From positions 224 through 64,223 of the forward strand of contig CAITUY010000145.1 in assembly GCA_903895695.1 (NCBI GenBank): 64,000 nt of DNA, written 5' to 3'. Of this stretch, positions 28,610 through 37,979 are shown in pieces; the first letter of the stretch is position 1, and every line of letters begins with the position of its first letter. The notes under the pieces are model-generated. The model was not told the DNA's origin and ran no database searches. It saw only the letters and a list, made by a program, of their open reading frames with translations. This stretch comes from an uncultured bacterium. Lineage in GTDB: Bacteria > Verrucomicrobiota > Kiritimatiellia > CAIKKV01 > CAITUY01. Made by a program: the position numbers and the translations under genes.

Positions 28610-30151
28610 TCAAAACGACAGCATGGCCTCGCTGCCCTTGAGTAGTTTCGCTTTCCGGATCGGTTCGGAGTTGCCGACAATCCGTACGGCCTGGGCACCC
28701 GCGAGTTGCCCCAGGAAAGTGGCCGCCAGCACGGGTGCCCCCCTTGCAGCCGCGAGCGACGCCACGGCATAGAATGCATCCCCGGCGCCAACGGTATCGA
28801 CAATGTTCTGCTCCAGCGCCGGGCAGGAGCAGGACTTATCGCCCCTCTTCAAGCCGATAGTCTCAGTTGCACCCCGGGTCAGCCAAGCGTACTGAGCCCC
28901 CAGATGCTGCTGGAGGTTGGCCAGTTCCTGGGCATAGTCAATGTCCCGCCGTCCGCATGCGAGAAGGAGTTCAGACTGGTCGAGGCAGAAACTGTCGGCC
29001 CGGTGGTACCGGCGGTTGATGATATTGAACCCGTGGTTGTTGCTGTTGGTCTGGCAGTTAACCGCCAGGAAAGGCGCTTGTTCCTGGACCATCTTCCGGA
29101 TCGGATCGCCCATCAACCCGTGGCCGAAATCCATGGCCAGAACCACGTCGTAGTTCTTGATCTGCCGTCCGAGTCGGTCCACCACGAACTTCAACACATC
29201 CGGGCCCGGGTGCTGTGCGTCGATGTAGTTGACGGCAAAGAGCTTGATCAGTTCCTTCCCTTCGTTCAACGGCTCCACGAAGCGCTGTTTGACGATGGTG
29301 GTGAACCCGGGTATCCGCAGGATTTCGTCCTCATCGGGGTGAACGTATCGCGACAGTTCGCCTTCGACCCACGATTCCGTGCCCACCAGGCTCAGCAGTT
29401 TCACGGAGGACGTGAATTCGCGCACATGACGGAAGACTGCCAAGGCGCCCCCGGCCTGCATCTCGTCCCGCATGAACCGGCCCGACAAGATCCGGTTCTT
29501 GGATGTCAACCCCTGGACCCCCACGGTCGTGTACCGGTCAAAGATGATATCGCCCACCACGAGGACCTTCAAATCGCCAAAGCCACTCACAATCTGCCGG
29601 AAGTCACGCACGGAACACGTGGCCGCCAGGTGCCGGCAGAACTCTCTTACTTCGGGCGAATAGGTTCCGAAATGGCGGTTCAGAAGCTTCGTGGAGCTGA
29701 ATACAATCGACCCCACATACCGCACCTTGCCGCCCAGGCGTTCGACGGTCTTGATATCGTCGTGAATATTGCCGGTGGCATCCGTCTCGGTGTCTTGATA
29801 CTCGCGGCCTTTGCAGTACACGTCGGGATGGACGCATTCGATGGCCTCCATGGCCGCGGGGTAGGGCACGACGATCACGTAGTCAATGAACTCGATCGCC
29901 GTCAATGACTTCACGCGCATCTGGTCGTTGAAGAACGGGCGGCCGGGGCCCTTGTTGACATATTTTTCCCCGGTCACGGTCACGACCAATAGGTCGCCCA
30001 GGGCCCTGGCTTCTTCGAAATGAACGATATGCCCCGGATGAAGCAGATCGAACGTGCCGTGGCACTGTACGATCCGCTTCCCTTCGGCGCGCAGGTGGGC
30101 GAATACGGCCGGAGCTTCTTCAAATGAAAGCTGTTTGCTGGCTGTGATCAT
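28610..30151 (-). CDS. Bifunctional nucleotidyltransferase / PfkB kinase (HldE-like, reversed domain order)
   Basis: N-terminal HGTFDLLHPGH and NKGPGRP; C-terminal LVVGDIIFD and DTVGAGDAF. Confidence 0.85.
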   Translation of the reverse strand: MITASKQLSFEEAPAVFAHLRAEGKRIVQCHGTFDLLHPGHIVHFEEARALGDLLVVTVTGEKYVNKGPGRPFFNDQMRVKSLTAIEFIDYVIVVPYPAAMEAIECVHPDVYCKGREYQDTETDATGNIHDDIKTVERLGGKVRYVGSIVFSSTKLLNRHFGTYSPEVREFCRHLAATCSVRDFRQIVSGFGDLKVLVVGDIIFDRYTTVGVQGLTSKNRILSGRFMRDEMQAGGALAVFRHVREFTSSVKLLSLVGTESWVEGELSRYVHPDEDEILRIPGFTTIVKQRFVEPLNEGKELIKLFAVNYIDAQHPGPDVLKFVVDRLGRQIKNYDVVLAMDFGHGLMGDPIRKMVQEQAPFLAVNCQTNSNNHGFNIINRRYHRADSFCLDQSELLLACGRRDIDYAQELANLQQHLGAQYAWLTRGATETIGLKRGDKSCSCPALEQNIVDTVGAGDAFYAVASLAAARGAPVLAATFLGQLAGAQAVRIVGNSEPIRKAKLLKGSEAMLSF

Positions 30152-31137
30152 GGCTTATGAACATAGTCCCACGGCTGCTGTTTCAGGACGTCAAGATGGT
30201 CGCGCACCCACCGGACGGTATCGTCGATCCCTTCTTCGAGCGACTTGGCATCGCGCCACCCGAGTTCCACACGCGCTTTCGTGCTGTCCAGCTTGTACGC
30301 CGCATCCTTGCCCAGGCGATCGCCCACGATTTCGACGCCGTCCTCGAACGGGACGCCGACACGCGCTGCGATCAGTTCGACCAGCGCCCGGATCGTGATC
30401 ATGCGCGGCGTGGAGAAGTGGTAGATCGAGCCAGCCGGCGCCGTCCGGGCCACCCGCAGAGTGCCGTCCGCCACGTCGCCGATATGGATGAACGAACGGA
30501 CCGAAAGCCCCCCCCCTTGCAGCGCCAGTTTTTTGCCGGTGAGGAAGCAGAGAATACTGCGCGGGATGATGCGGTAGAGTTGCTGGCCGGGTCCATAGAC
30601 ATTGGCCGAGCGGGTGAAGACAACCGGGAACCGGTACGCCCGGAAGAAACTCATCAGGCTCATATCCGCGGCCGCACGCGACACGGCATATGGCGTGCTG
30701 GGATTGTAGGAGGTGTTCTCCACGACAACGCCCTCGCACGATCCGTAAACTTCCGGCGTCGACACGTGGACATACTTCTTGAGGAAGTCGCACTTGCGCA
30801 GTCGATCGTGCAGCTTCACGTTCGCCACGACATTCGTCTGGAACCAATCCTCGGGGCGCTGCCAGCTCTGCGCCACCATGCCCTGAGCGGCAAAATTCAC
30901 GACGTACTCGGGCTTGCAGTCCTCGATCACCTCCATGATGCGTCCCAAGTCTCTGTTCAAGTCCAACTGAGCGAAACGGAACCGGCCTGTGGAGCGGGCC
31001 TTGTAAGGCAGGAAGGCCGGGTCCGGTTCGGCCGATCGGCTGATGCCCGTCACGTCGTCACCTTCGGCGAGCAACCGGTCGACGAAATGCGCCCCCGAGA
31101 AGGAGTTACTGCCGATCACGACCACCCGCTCGCTCAC
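30148..31137 (-). CDS. NDP-sugar 4,6-dehydratase-like SDR
   Basis: VIGSNSFSG, NFAAQ, STPEVYG, PSTPYAVSRAA, NVYGPGQ. Confidence 0.82.
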   Translation of the reverse strand: MSERVVVIGSNSFSGAHFVDRLLAEGDDVTGISRSAEPDPAFLPYKARSTGRFRFAQLDLNRDLGRIMEVIEDCKPEYVVNFAAQGMVAQSWQRPEDWFQTNVVANVKLHDRLRKCDFLKKYVHVSTPEVYGSCEGVVVENTSYNPSTPYAVSRAAADMSLMSFFRAYRFPVVFTRSANVYGPGQQLYRIIPRSILCFLTGKKLALQGGGLSVRSFIHIGDVADGTLRVARTAPAGSIYHFSTPRMITIRALVELIAARVGVPFEDGVEIVGDRLGKDAAYKLDSTKARVELGWRDAKSLEEGIDDTVRWVRDHLDVLKQQPWDYVHKP

Positions 31138-31745
31138 CGCACGACCCTCCGCGTCCGCCTTGCGCGTCCGTCGGCCGCGACATCCACGAGATCCATCCAG
31201 TGATGCAGCACGGCGGCATGGCACGTCTCGGCACACCCGTAGGTGCGGGCGGGGACATAGAAGCTCAGTGTCCCGGCGGACCGGAGCGGGTTGTCCGGAT
31301 CCATCGCCGACAATGTGACGATCGTCAGCGCCTTCCGTCGAGCCGCAGTCACGGCGCTGAGCACGTTCGGCGACCGGCCTGAACTGCTGATAGCCACGAG
31401 CATGTCCCCGGCGCGGGCACGACGGGATAACGGCTCGGAAAACACGCGCTCGTAACCCAAGTCGTTGGAAATCGCGGTAATGAGCGAGAGGTCGGAAAAC
31501 ACCTCGGTGTGGATGTGTCCATTCTTGGCCAGATCCGCCGCCATATGGCTCGCCATGGACGCACTGGCCCCATTTCCGATCAGATAGAGGGTTCGCCCCT
31601 TGTCGCGGAGGTGGAGTGTCGCCTCCTTCCACTGCATAAACCCTTTTTCAGGGCCTATTTCATGGCGGCCACGACGGCGACAGGACACACCGGCCAGCAG
31701 GCGATGCATTTCCTCAATGTGCTCGTACCAGGAATGACCCGTCAT
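31134..31745 (-). CDS. gmhA: SIS-domain phosphoheptose isomerase (GmhA-like)
   Basis: IGNGASASMASH, TAISNDLGYERVF, AISSSGRSPNV. Confidence 0.75.
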   Translation of the reverse strand: MTGHSWYEHIEEMHRLLAGVSCRRRGRHEIGPEKGFMQWKEATLHLRDKGRTLYLIGNGASASMASHMAADLAKNGHIHTEVFSDLSLITAISNDLGYERVFSEPLSRRARAGDMLVAISSSGRSPNVLSAVTAARRKALTIVTLSAMDPDNPLRSAGTLSFYVPARTYGCAETCHAAVLHHWMDLVDVAADGRARRTRRVVR

Positions 31746-31859
31746 AGCGTCCGCAATTGCCTTTCCGATCGGCGTCGAGGCCCCTTAGATTCTCGATGCT
31801 TTGACGATACACTATCCATCGCGCGGTTGGAACCGAATTCCGCAGCAAAGCGTTGACCG

Positions 31860-31888
31860 TTGACATCGCTTAGAGCCCGGAGCAGCAT
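31860..31888 (+). promoter_or_regulatory. Possible sigma70 promoter upstream of the mutase-like gene
   Basis: TTGACA at 31860 with a weak -10 (CAGCAT) 17 nt downstream, in a divergent intergenic region. Confidence 0.3.
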
Positions 31889-32017
31889 ACGGTGCGTGGC
31901 ACGACGCTCAGTGTTTCGGCCTGCTGCCGGAACAGGAATGCAGTCAGATCACATGAGCGGCGTGGCTCAAAGCGGTCAGGCGGCAGACACGTATTGGCGA
32001 CCAAGAGGCGGGCAAAG

Positions 32018-33382
32018 ATGAGATTCGTCATCCTGGGTGCAGGTCCGGCAGGATTGGGTGCTGCTTGGGCGCTTCAACAGTCCGGCGCGTCGTGGACTTT
32101 GCTTGAGAAGAACGACCGGCCTGGTGGGTTGGCGGCAAGCTTCGTCGTTGATGGCTTCACCTGGGACATCGGGGGGCACATCCTGTTCTCCCACTACCCT
32201 GCTTTTGACCAAGTGCTTGACGGGGTTATTCCGCGCGATGAATGGCATAACCACGAGCGCCGTGCATTTATCCGGATGCACGACGCCTGGATCCCCTATC
32301 CGTTCCAGTACAACATTCGACATCTGCCGTCAGACGAGCAGCGGCAATGCCTGGAGGGCGTCAGCGAGGCCAACTCGAACCGAAGGGCTGACCTCCCTGC
32401 GAATTTTGAAGAATGGATTTACCGGTCCATGGGAAAAGGGGTGTCGGACCTCTTCATGATGCCGTACAATCGGAAAGTGTGGGCGGGGCCGCCGTCAGAG
32501 ATGTCAGCGCAATGGGTGGGGGATCGTGTAGCAGTCCCCGACCTGGCGAGAATGATGCGCCACCTGACAACGTCGAAGGACGACGTGTCGTGGGGGCCGA
32601 ATAACCTGTTCCGATTCCCGAAGAGCGGCGGAACCGGCTTCATATGGCGGCGGGTAACCGACGCGCTGCCCCCGGAGCGGATGCTGTTCAATGCCCCCGT
32701 CGTGACCATTGGGGCCGATAGGCGCGCCGTCGTCACGAATGACGGCAGAAGTTTTCCATACGACGTTCTGATCAGCACCATTCCGATCGATCAGGCCGTT
32801 GGCATGACCGGCCTGGATCGTGGGATGAGGGCGGCAAGGGGGTTGGTTCGCACGAGCACATGGGTCGTGGGCCTCGGCCTGCGCGGTCCTTTGCCTCACG
32901 CTGCACGGGAAAAGTGCTGGATGTACTTCCCGGAGTCTGAGTATCCATTCTACCGCGTGACTGTGTTCAGCCACTATAGTCCGCGGAACGCTCCAGAAGG
33001 GTGCTATTCGCTCATGGCTGAAGTGGCATTTCGTCCTGGCGGGTGCCTGCCGGGGCGAGATGCCCTTGTGCAAGCCTGTGTGCAGGGCTTAAGACGGTGC
33101 GGGCTATTGGATGAAGAGGCCGAACCGATCCATGTCTGGACCCACATGGCCGAATACGGGTACCCGGTCCCATCCTTGGGCCGCGATGCGATTCTTGATG
33201 AGGTCTTGCCGGCGCTGGAGAAGCTGGGCATCTACTCGCGTGGACGGTTTGGCGCCTGGAAATACGAAGTCGGGAATATGGATCACACGTTTATGCAGGG
33301 CATGGAGATTGCCGGTCGATTGCTCACGGGGACGGCCGAAGATACGCTATTGCGCCCTGAATGGGTCAATAGGCAGAGATAG
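32018..33382 (+). CDS. FAD-dependent UDP-galactopyranose mutase-like protein of the eukaryotic (fungal/trypanosomatid) type
   Basis: GAGPAGL, WDIGGHILFSHY, YNRKVWA, WGPNNLFRFPKSGGTGFIW, YGYPVPSLGRD, SRGRFGAWKYEVGNMDH. Confidence 0.75.
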   Translation: MRFVILGAGPAGLGAAWALQQSGASWTLLEKNDRPGGLAASFVVDGFTWDIGGHILFSHYPAFDQVLDGVIPRDEWHNHERRAFIRMHDAWIPYPFQYNIRHLPSDEQRQCLEGVSEANSNRRADLPANFEEWIYRSMGKGVSDLFMMPYNRKVWAGPPSEMSAQWVGDRVAVPDLARMMRHLTTSKDDVSWGPNNLFRFPKSGGTGFIWRRVTDALPPERMLFNAPVVTIGADRRAVVTNDGRSFPYDVLISTIPIDQAVGMTGLDRGMRAARGLVRTSTWVVGLGLRGPLPHAAREKCWMYFPESEYPFYRVTVFSHYSPRNAPEGCYSLMAEVAFRPGGCLPGRDALVQACVQGLRRCGLLDEEAEPIHVWTHMAEYGYPVPSLGRDAILDEVLPALEKLGIYSRGRFGAWKYEVGNMDHTFMQGMEIAGRLLTGTAEDTLLRPEWVNRQR

Positions 33383-33384
33383 CC

Positions 33385-34884
33385 CTAAGGCGTTCCCGTT
33401 GGCCGAGCAGGGGGATTGCCGTCGGGTGAAATCTTCTTCTTCTCGAAAATGATCTTCCGCCAGCGAAGCGTTGCCGATTCCGGATAGCGAGATGCGGCCG
33501 GAATTTCGCCGACGGGCGTATAGGCTGCGTTCAACCGTTCATAGAGGAACCAACTGCTCATCTCCGTCGGTATATCGATGACCACCATGTCGAACGGATC
33601 GCTGCCGAAGTAGTCGCGCAACTCATTGGGGTATCGCGACTTATCGCAGACCCCGTTGATCCAGCAGCCCCGCGGTCCTTCTACACCGCGAAACGGCTGC
33701 CTTCCCACCAAGATCTTCTCGAACTCATAACTGACCGTGTAAACACTCCTGCCCGGCGTGGCAAGAAGCGAGAGCACTTTCGAGAACCGGTCGTCGTCCT
33801 CGGCCGTGATGAAGTCTGCGCGCAGATCCTGCACAAGGGCGCCGCCCTGCACAAGGATCAAGGCCGTCGCCAGGCCCGCGTAGAGGACGCCGCGTTGCAT
33901 AAGTCTATGCAGATACGACAGTCCGACGGCCAGCAGCATCGCGTTGAAGACCAGCGCCTGTGAGGGTCCCGAACCGTACTTGAGCCGGGCGAAAACACCC
34001 ACGACGGCGGAGGCGCCAAGAAACACCACGGTGGGCGAGCGGATATACTCTCGGATGCGGAATCGTTCGAACACAAATGCCGCTACCAGTGCGATCATGA
34101 TGCCGAAACGGCCGAGGTTCTCGGGGAACAATACGGGCGTAAGGAACCAGTCCCAAACCAGAACGTGTGCGATGAACTGTTTGACGAGAACGAGATAGAC
34201 AAAGTCAGAGCCTGGTTGCATGGCATAGTACAGCGTGCCCGCTCCCGCAAGAGATGCCATGACGACCAGGGCCACCAGTCCTTTCTTAACGCTGTGCACC
34301 AACATGTAGAAAACGCTTGCCGCCATGTAAATATAACCCGTCTGCTTCGACCAGAAGCCGGCGAAGAAGGCGAACGAGGCGAGCAACACGGTGCTCCAGC
34401 GGAGTTTCTCGTCACGAACCAGGAAGTAGATGCCAAGCAACGTAAAGAAGACGTGGTAGGGGTTGGGCCCGACTTCCAGGTACCAGGCACCTGCCGGCGC
34501 CGCAATCATCAGCGCCCCGGCCACGAATCCCATGAATTTGTTTTTGCACAAAGTCCACGTAATGGCGCCAACGAGGAAGGCGGCCCCGAGTGCGAAGAGG
34601 AAGGTCGTGAATCGGAAGACGCGTATGTCGACGCCGAACAAGCGTGCGGCGGCGCCCATGATGTCGAACCCCAGGGGCGTGTACCACAAATCCAGTAAAT
34701 GTGGATCGGCGACCTTGTTGAACATGAGGTGCCCTTGACTAATTTGGTAGACGAACTGCGCATGGAGCGCCTCTGAGCCGGCAATGATCGTCGTGTGGGC
34801 CATGTAGTTGGTCAGCAATGCTCCGGCATAGAGGAGGTGGCCGAGCACGAGGACTGCAACCAACAGTTTTTCGAGCTTGCTCAT
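33385..34884 (-). CDS. Polytopic membrane glycosyltransferase, GT-C-like
   Basis: TM followed by a GSE loop and YTPL, WSKQTG motif, about 11 TM, soluble C-terminus. Confidence 0.65.
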   Translation of the reverse strand: MSKLEKLLVAVLVLGHLLYAGALLTNYMAHTTIIAGSEALHAQFVYQISQGHLMFNKVADPHLLDLWYTPLGFDIMGAAARLFGVDIRVFRFTTFLFALGAAFLVGAITWTLCKNKFMGFVAGALMIAAPAGAWYLEVGPNPYHVFFTLLGIYFLVRDEKLRWSTVLLASFAFFAGFWSKQTGYIYMAASVFYMLVHSVKKGLVALVVMASLAGAGTLYYAMQPGSDFVYLVLVKQFIAHVLVWDWFLTPVLFPENLGRFGIMIALVAAFVFERFRIREYIRSPTVVFLGASAVVGVFARLKYGSGPSQALVFNAMLLAVGLSYLHRLMQRGVLYAGLATALILVQGGALVQDLRADFITAEDDDRFSKVLSLLATPGRSVYTVSYEFEKILVGRQPFRGVEGPRGCWINGVCDKSRYPNELRDYFGSDPFDMVVIDIPTEMSSWFLYERLNAAYTPVGEIPAASRYPESATLRWRKIIFEKKKISPDGNPPARPTGTP

Positions 34885-34898
34885 TCAGTCGTCCTTCT

Positions 34899-35891
34899 TC
34901 ATCCCTGGGCGGGCGCCAGGAACACGATTTCGCTGCCTCGCGAGTCAAAAGCAAAGCCGACTTCCCGCAACTTGGCCAGCTTCGCCCGGATTGAACCCGC
35001 GTGCTCCGGCTTCGCGAACACCAGGAGGAACCCCCGTCCGCCGCCCCCAAGCAGTTTGCCGCCCAGTGCGCCCGCGGCTCGCGCCGCGGCGTAGGCCTGA
35101 TCAATGGCGCCGTTCGAAATGCCGCGTGATAGGCTCTTCTTCAGTTGCCACGATTCGTCCAGGAGACGCCCGAAGTCATCGATATCGCGCCCGCCAACCA
35201 GGATGTCCTGGGCCGTGTGGACCATGTGGGCCATCTGCAAGAGCGCTTTCGTGTTGTGCTTCGTCCTGCGCTGCTGCTCACGGACGACCCCATCCGCCGA
35301 CTGCTCACGACCGGTGTAGAATAGCATCAAGTGGCTCTCCAACTCCTTGATGCGCGAAGCGCTGATGCCCAAATGATGCACGGTCACGCCGTGAGATCCC
35401 GAGAAATCGATCCTGACGAATCCGCCGTAGGCGGCCGCGTACTGGTCCTGGTGCCCCCCGGCGTCGCCCACGCGTTCGCGTTCTATAACGATCGCTTCCC
35501 GGGCCAGATCTTCCTCGGTCACCCGGTCCCCGCGGAGGGTGTGCAACGCATGCAGCAGCCCCACCGTGAACGACGACGAGGTGCCCAAGCCCGTGCGCGC
35601 CGGCAGATCGGATACGTGCGCGATCTCGAGATTGTCCTGGATGTCCAAATAGAGCAGGCACTCCCGTATCAAGGGGTGGACAAATTCGCTGGGATTCTGA
35701 ACCAATTCCGTCTTGGCGTAACTGGCGCGGAAACGATACTTGAAGAATTGGCTGATCCTGTGAATGGAGAGGTAGCAATACTGGTTGATCGTAGTGAGCA
35801 GAACCGATCCTCCGTGCTCACGGTAGAATTCGGGATAGTCCGTCCCCCCGCCGAGGAAACTGATTCGAAAGGGCGTTCGCGCAATGATCAT
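34899..35891 (-). CDS. hddA: GHMP sugar kinase (D-glycero-alpha-D-manno-heptose-7-phosphate kinase-like)
   Basis: MIIARTPFRISFLGGGTD, DLPARTGLGTSSSF, GHQDQYAAAYGG, GGKLLGGGGRGF. Confidence 0.85.
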   Translation of the reverse strand: MIIARTPFRISFLGGGTDYPEFYREHGGSVLLTTINQYCYLSIHRISQFFKYRFRASYAKTELVQNPSEFVHPLIRECLLYLDIQDNLEIAHVSDLPARTGLGTSSSFTVGLLHALHTLRGDRVTEEDLAREAIVIERERVGDAGGHQDQYAAAYGGFVRIDFSGSHGVTVHHLGISASRIKELESHLMLFYTGREQSADGVVREQQRRTKHNTKALLQMAHMVHTAQDILVGGRDIDDFGRLLDESWQLKKSLSRGISNGAIDQAYAAARAAGALGGKLLGGGGRGFLLVFAKPEHAGSIRAKLAKLREVGFAFDSRGSEIVFLAPAQG

Positions 35892-36634
35892 GGTCCCTCC
35901 GGGGTAGTCAACTCCTTGCGCAGGGCAAGCAGCCCGCGAAATGCTTTCCATGCTTTGCCAACCAATCTATGGGGCGGAACGCCTGTCGATACCGAGTTTG
36001 CAGTCCGTTTGCGATGCCGCACGCGGATCTGTTGCAGGCGGCACCCTGCGTAGATGCAGCGCATCATGAGTTCTGCCGTGTAAATCTCGCCCAATTTTCC
36101 GCATTTGGGCGCCAGGCGCTGGGCAACGCTCGTGCGCATAAGCTTCAGCCCGAAGTTGATGTCACGAACGCTGATGCCCAGAAAGATATCCGTCACGAGG
36201 TCGAAGCAACGCGAGACGATGATGCGGAAGGTGGGGTCGCAGCGGGGAAACTTTTCGCCGCTCACGATGTCGTAGTCCATGGACGCTCGCAGCAGGATCC
36301 AGATATCCTCCGGTTCAATCTGTCCGTCGCCGTCCAGTATCAGGATCCAGTCCTTCTTCGCCATCGCGATACCGCGTGTGATCGAGGCCGCATAGCCGAT
36401 CCTTCGCGGATCCGTTACGGCCTTGAGGTTGGGGTAGGCTGTCTCGCACACCTTCAACACCGCGGCGGTATCGTCCTTCGACCCATCCTCGAGCATGAGC
36501 ACTTCGAAGTCCGATAGTCGATTCAGGCACTTGGCGTACAATTCGTCCAGAACGCCCCGAATGATCCGGGCCTCATTGTAAACCGGGATCAGGATGCTCA
36601 CTGAACGAGAAGCGTTGTCGTCGTTGGCTTCCAT
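35888..36634 (-). CDS. GT2 DPM1-like glycosyltransferase
   Basis: ILIPVYNEA, EDGSKDDT, ILDGDGQ, RDINFGLKL. Confidence 0.85.
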   Translation of the reverse strand: MEANDDNASRSVSILIPVYNEARIIRGVLDELYAKCLNRLSDFEVLMLEDGSKDDTAAVLKVCETAYPNLKAVTDPRRIGYAASITRGIAMAKKDWILILDGDGQIEPEDIWILLRASMDYDIVSGEKFPRCDPTFRIIVSRCFDLVTDIFLGISVRDINFGLKLMRTSVAQRLAPKCGKLGEIYTAELMMRCIYAGCRLQQIRVRHRKRTANSVSTGVPPHRLVGKAWKAFRGLLALRKELTTPEGP

Positions 36635-36637
36635 ACA

Positions 36638-37591
36638 CTATCCCTGCTGCGTCTGCGGCGTGGCCGCCGGCCCGCGGCGCAAGGCGGCGATGGTTTGATC
36701 GATGCCCGCCTCGATGGATGGCGACGGCGCCCAGCCGGTCAGGTTGCGTAACCGGTCCAGACTCGCGTAGCTGAGCGGCTGCTCCGGTTCGCCGGCTCGC
36801 ATGGGCAGGGCGCCGAAGTCCATATCCCCGGGGTCGCCCCCCAGGTGCGACCAGAACAGCGTCGCGAATTCCCGCACCCGAATGGCGTGCCCGCTGCCCA
36901 GGTTCACGATCGCCGACTGCGTCACCTCGCAAAGACGGCGGATTCCCTCGGCGGCCTCGCGCACAAAGATGTAGTCGCGGTAGTGCTCGCAGGGGCCCAG
37001 TGCGGGTCGCTGACCATCCGAGAAGCAGCGGTACAGTTTATTGGTCAGCGCGCCGGGCCGTTGTCCGGGACCGAAGGTGTAGAACAGGCGTATGGACAGG
37101 AAGGCACGGCCAAGGCTTGCCGCCCGCGCGAGCCCATACTGCGAGACAGCAGTCTTCGCCTCGGCGTAATGCGTCAGGCGGCCCTCCGGGGGCATGGATT
37201 CCTCCAGAAGACCCGTTCGGCCGCCGTACTCGTTCACTGAGCTGAGGAATACAAAGCGCTTCAATCCGCACGCATACAGGGTATCAATCAGGTTCCGCGA
37301 AGCCGAGACATTGGCCCCCAGATGCTCGGGAGATCCGGGGTCTTCCATGGCTCCCCAGCCCATGTGGAGGACTATATCCGGCACCCCGTACTGACCGACG
37401 GCGCGCCGCACGTCGTCGTGACTCCGGAAATCCAAGTGGTGCCGCCGCTGGCCGCCGGGTCCACGCGTCTCTTCCCCCCTGTTGTCGTGGGTAAAACAGA
37501 GCAACTGAGAGTGCGCCGTCACCAGTTCGGGAATGACGTGCGTTCCGATGAACCCGCCTGCTCCCGTCACCCAGATCGCCTGATTAGTCAT
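36638..37591 (-). CDS. NAD-dependent epimerase/reductase
   Basis: WVTGAGGFIG, SSVNEYG, YAEAK, RLFYTFGPGQ, RDYIFV. Confidence 0.85.
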   Translation of the reverse strand: MTNQAIWVTGAGGFIGTHVIPELVTAHSQLLCFTHDNRGEETRGPGGQRRHHLDFRSHDDVRRAVGQYGVPDIVLHMGWGAMEDPGSPEHLGANVSASRNLIDTLYACGLKRFVFLSSVNEYGGRTGLLEESMPPEGRLTHYAEAKTAVSQYGLARAASLGRAFLSIRLFYTFGPGQRPGALTNKLYRCFSDGQRPALGPCEHYRDYIFVREAAEGIRRLCEVTQSAIVNLGSGHAIRVREFATLFWSHLGGDPGDMDFGALPMRAGEPEQPLSYASLDRLRNLTGWAPSPSIEAGIDQTIAALRRGPAATPQTQQG

Positions 37592-37675
37592 TGTGCAACA
37601 CGCATTTCCCACCCGCTTCCCGAAAGCGCTGCCATAGTAGCACCCGGCATAGGCTGCGGACAAACACGTTTTTTC

Positions 37676-37765
37676 TTCTGTAGGCGCGGGCGTTGACCGC
37701 GCTGTCCCGTTTACGCGCCCGTCTCTCCGCGCCCAACGTGCGCGGCCACAGTTCGTGTGCCAAGG
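37676..37765 (-). repeat. 90-bp dispersed repeat, copy 2 (inverted relative to 12896-12985)
   Basis: Reverse complement reads ccttggcacacgaactgtggccgcgcacgttgggcgcggagagacgggcgcgtaaacgggacagcgcggtcaacgcccgcgcctacagaa. Confidence 0.9.
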
Positions 37766-37979
37766 ACGCTACCCCCGCAGAATTGCCACAGGCTATGGCG
37801 TAACACAATCTGGGAAAACGAGCGAAGAAAAGCATGGGAATATTTGGTCAATACTGTACTCTATCCACCCTTAATCCGTCTCATGGGGGGCTCATGGGCG
37901 CGGCCTCGGATGCGTCATACTGCGGGGGAGGCCGAGGGGTGCGCAATGAGGGTGTGAGCAGTACTTCGGAGGTGCATGC

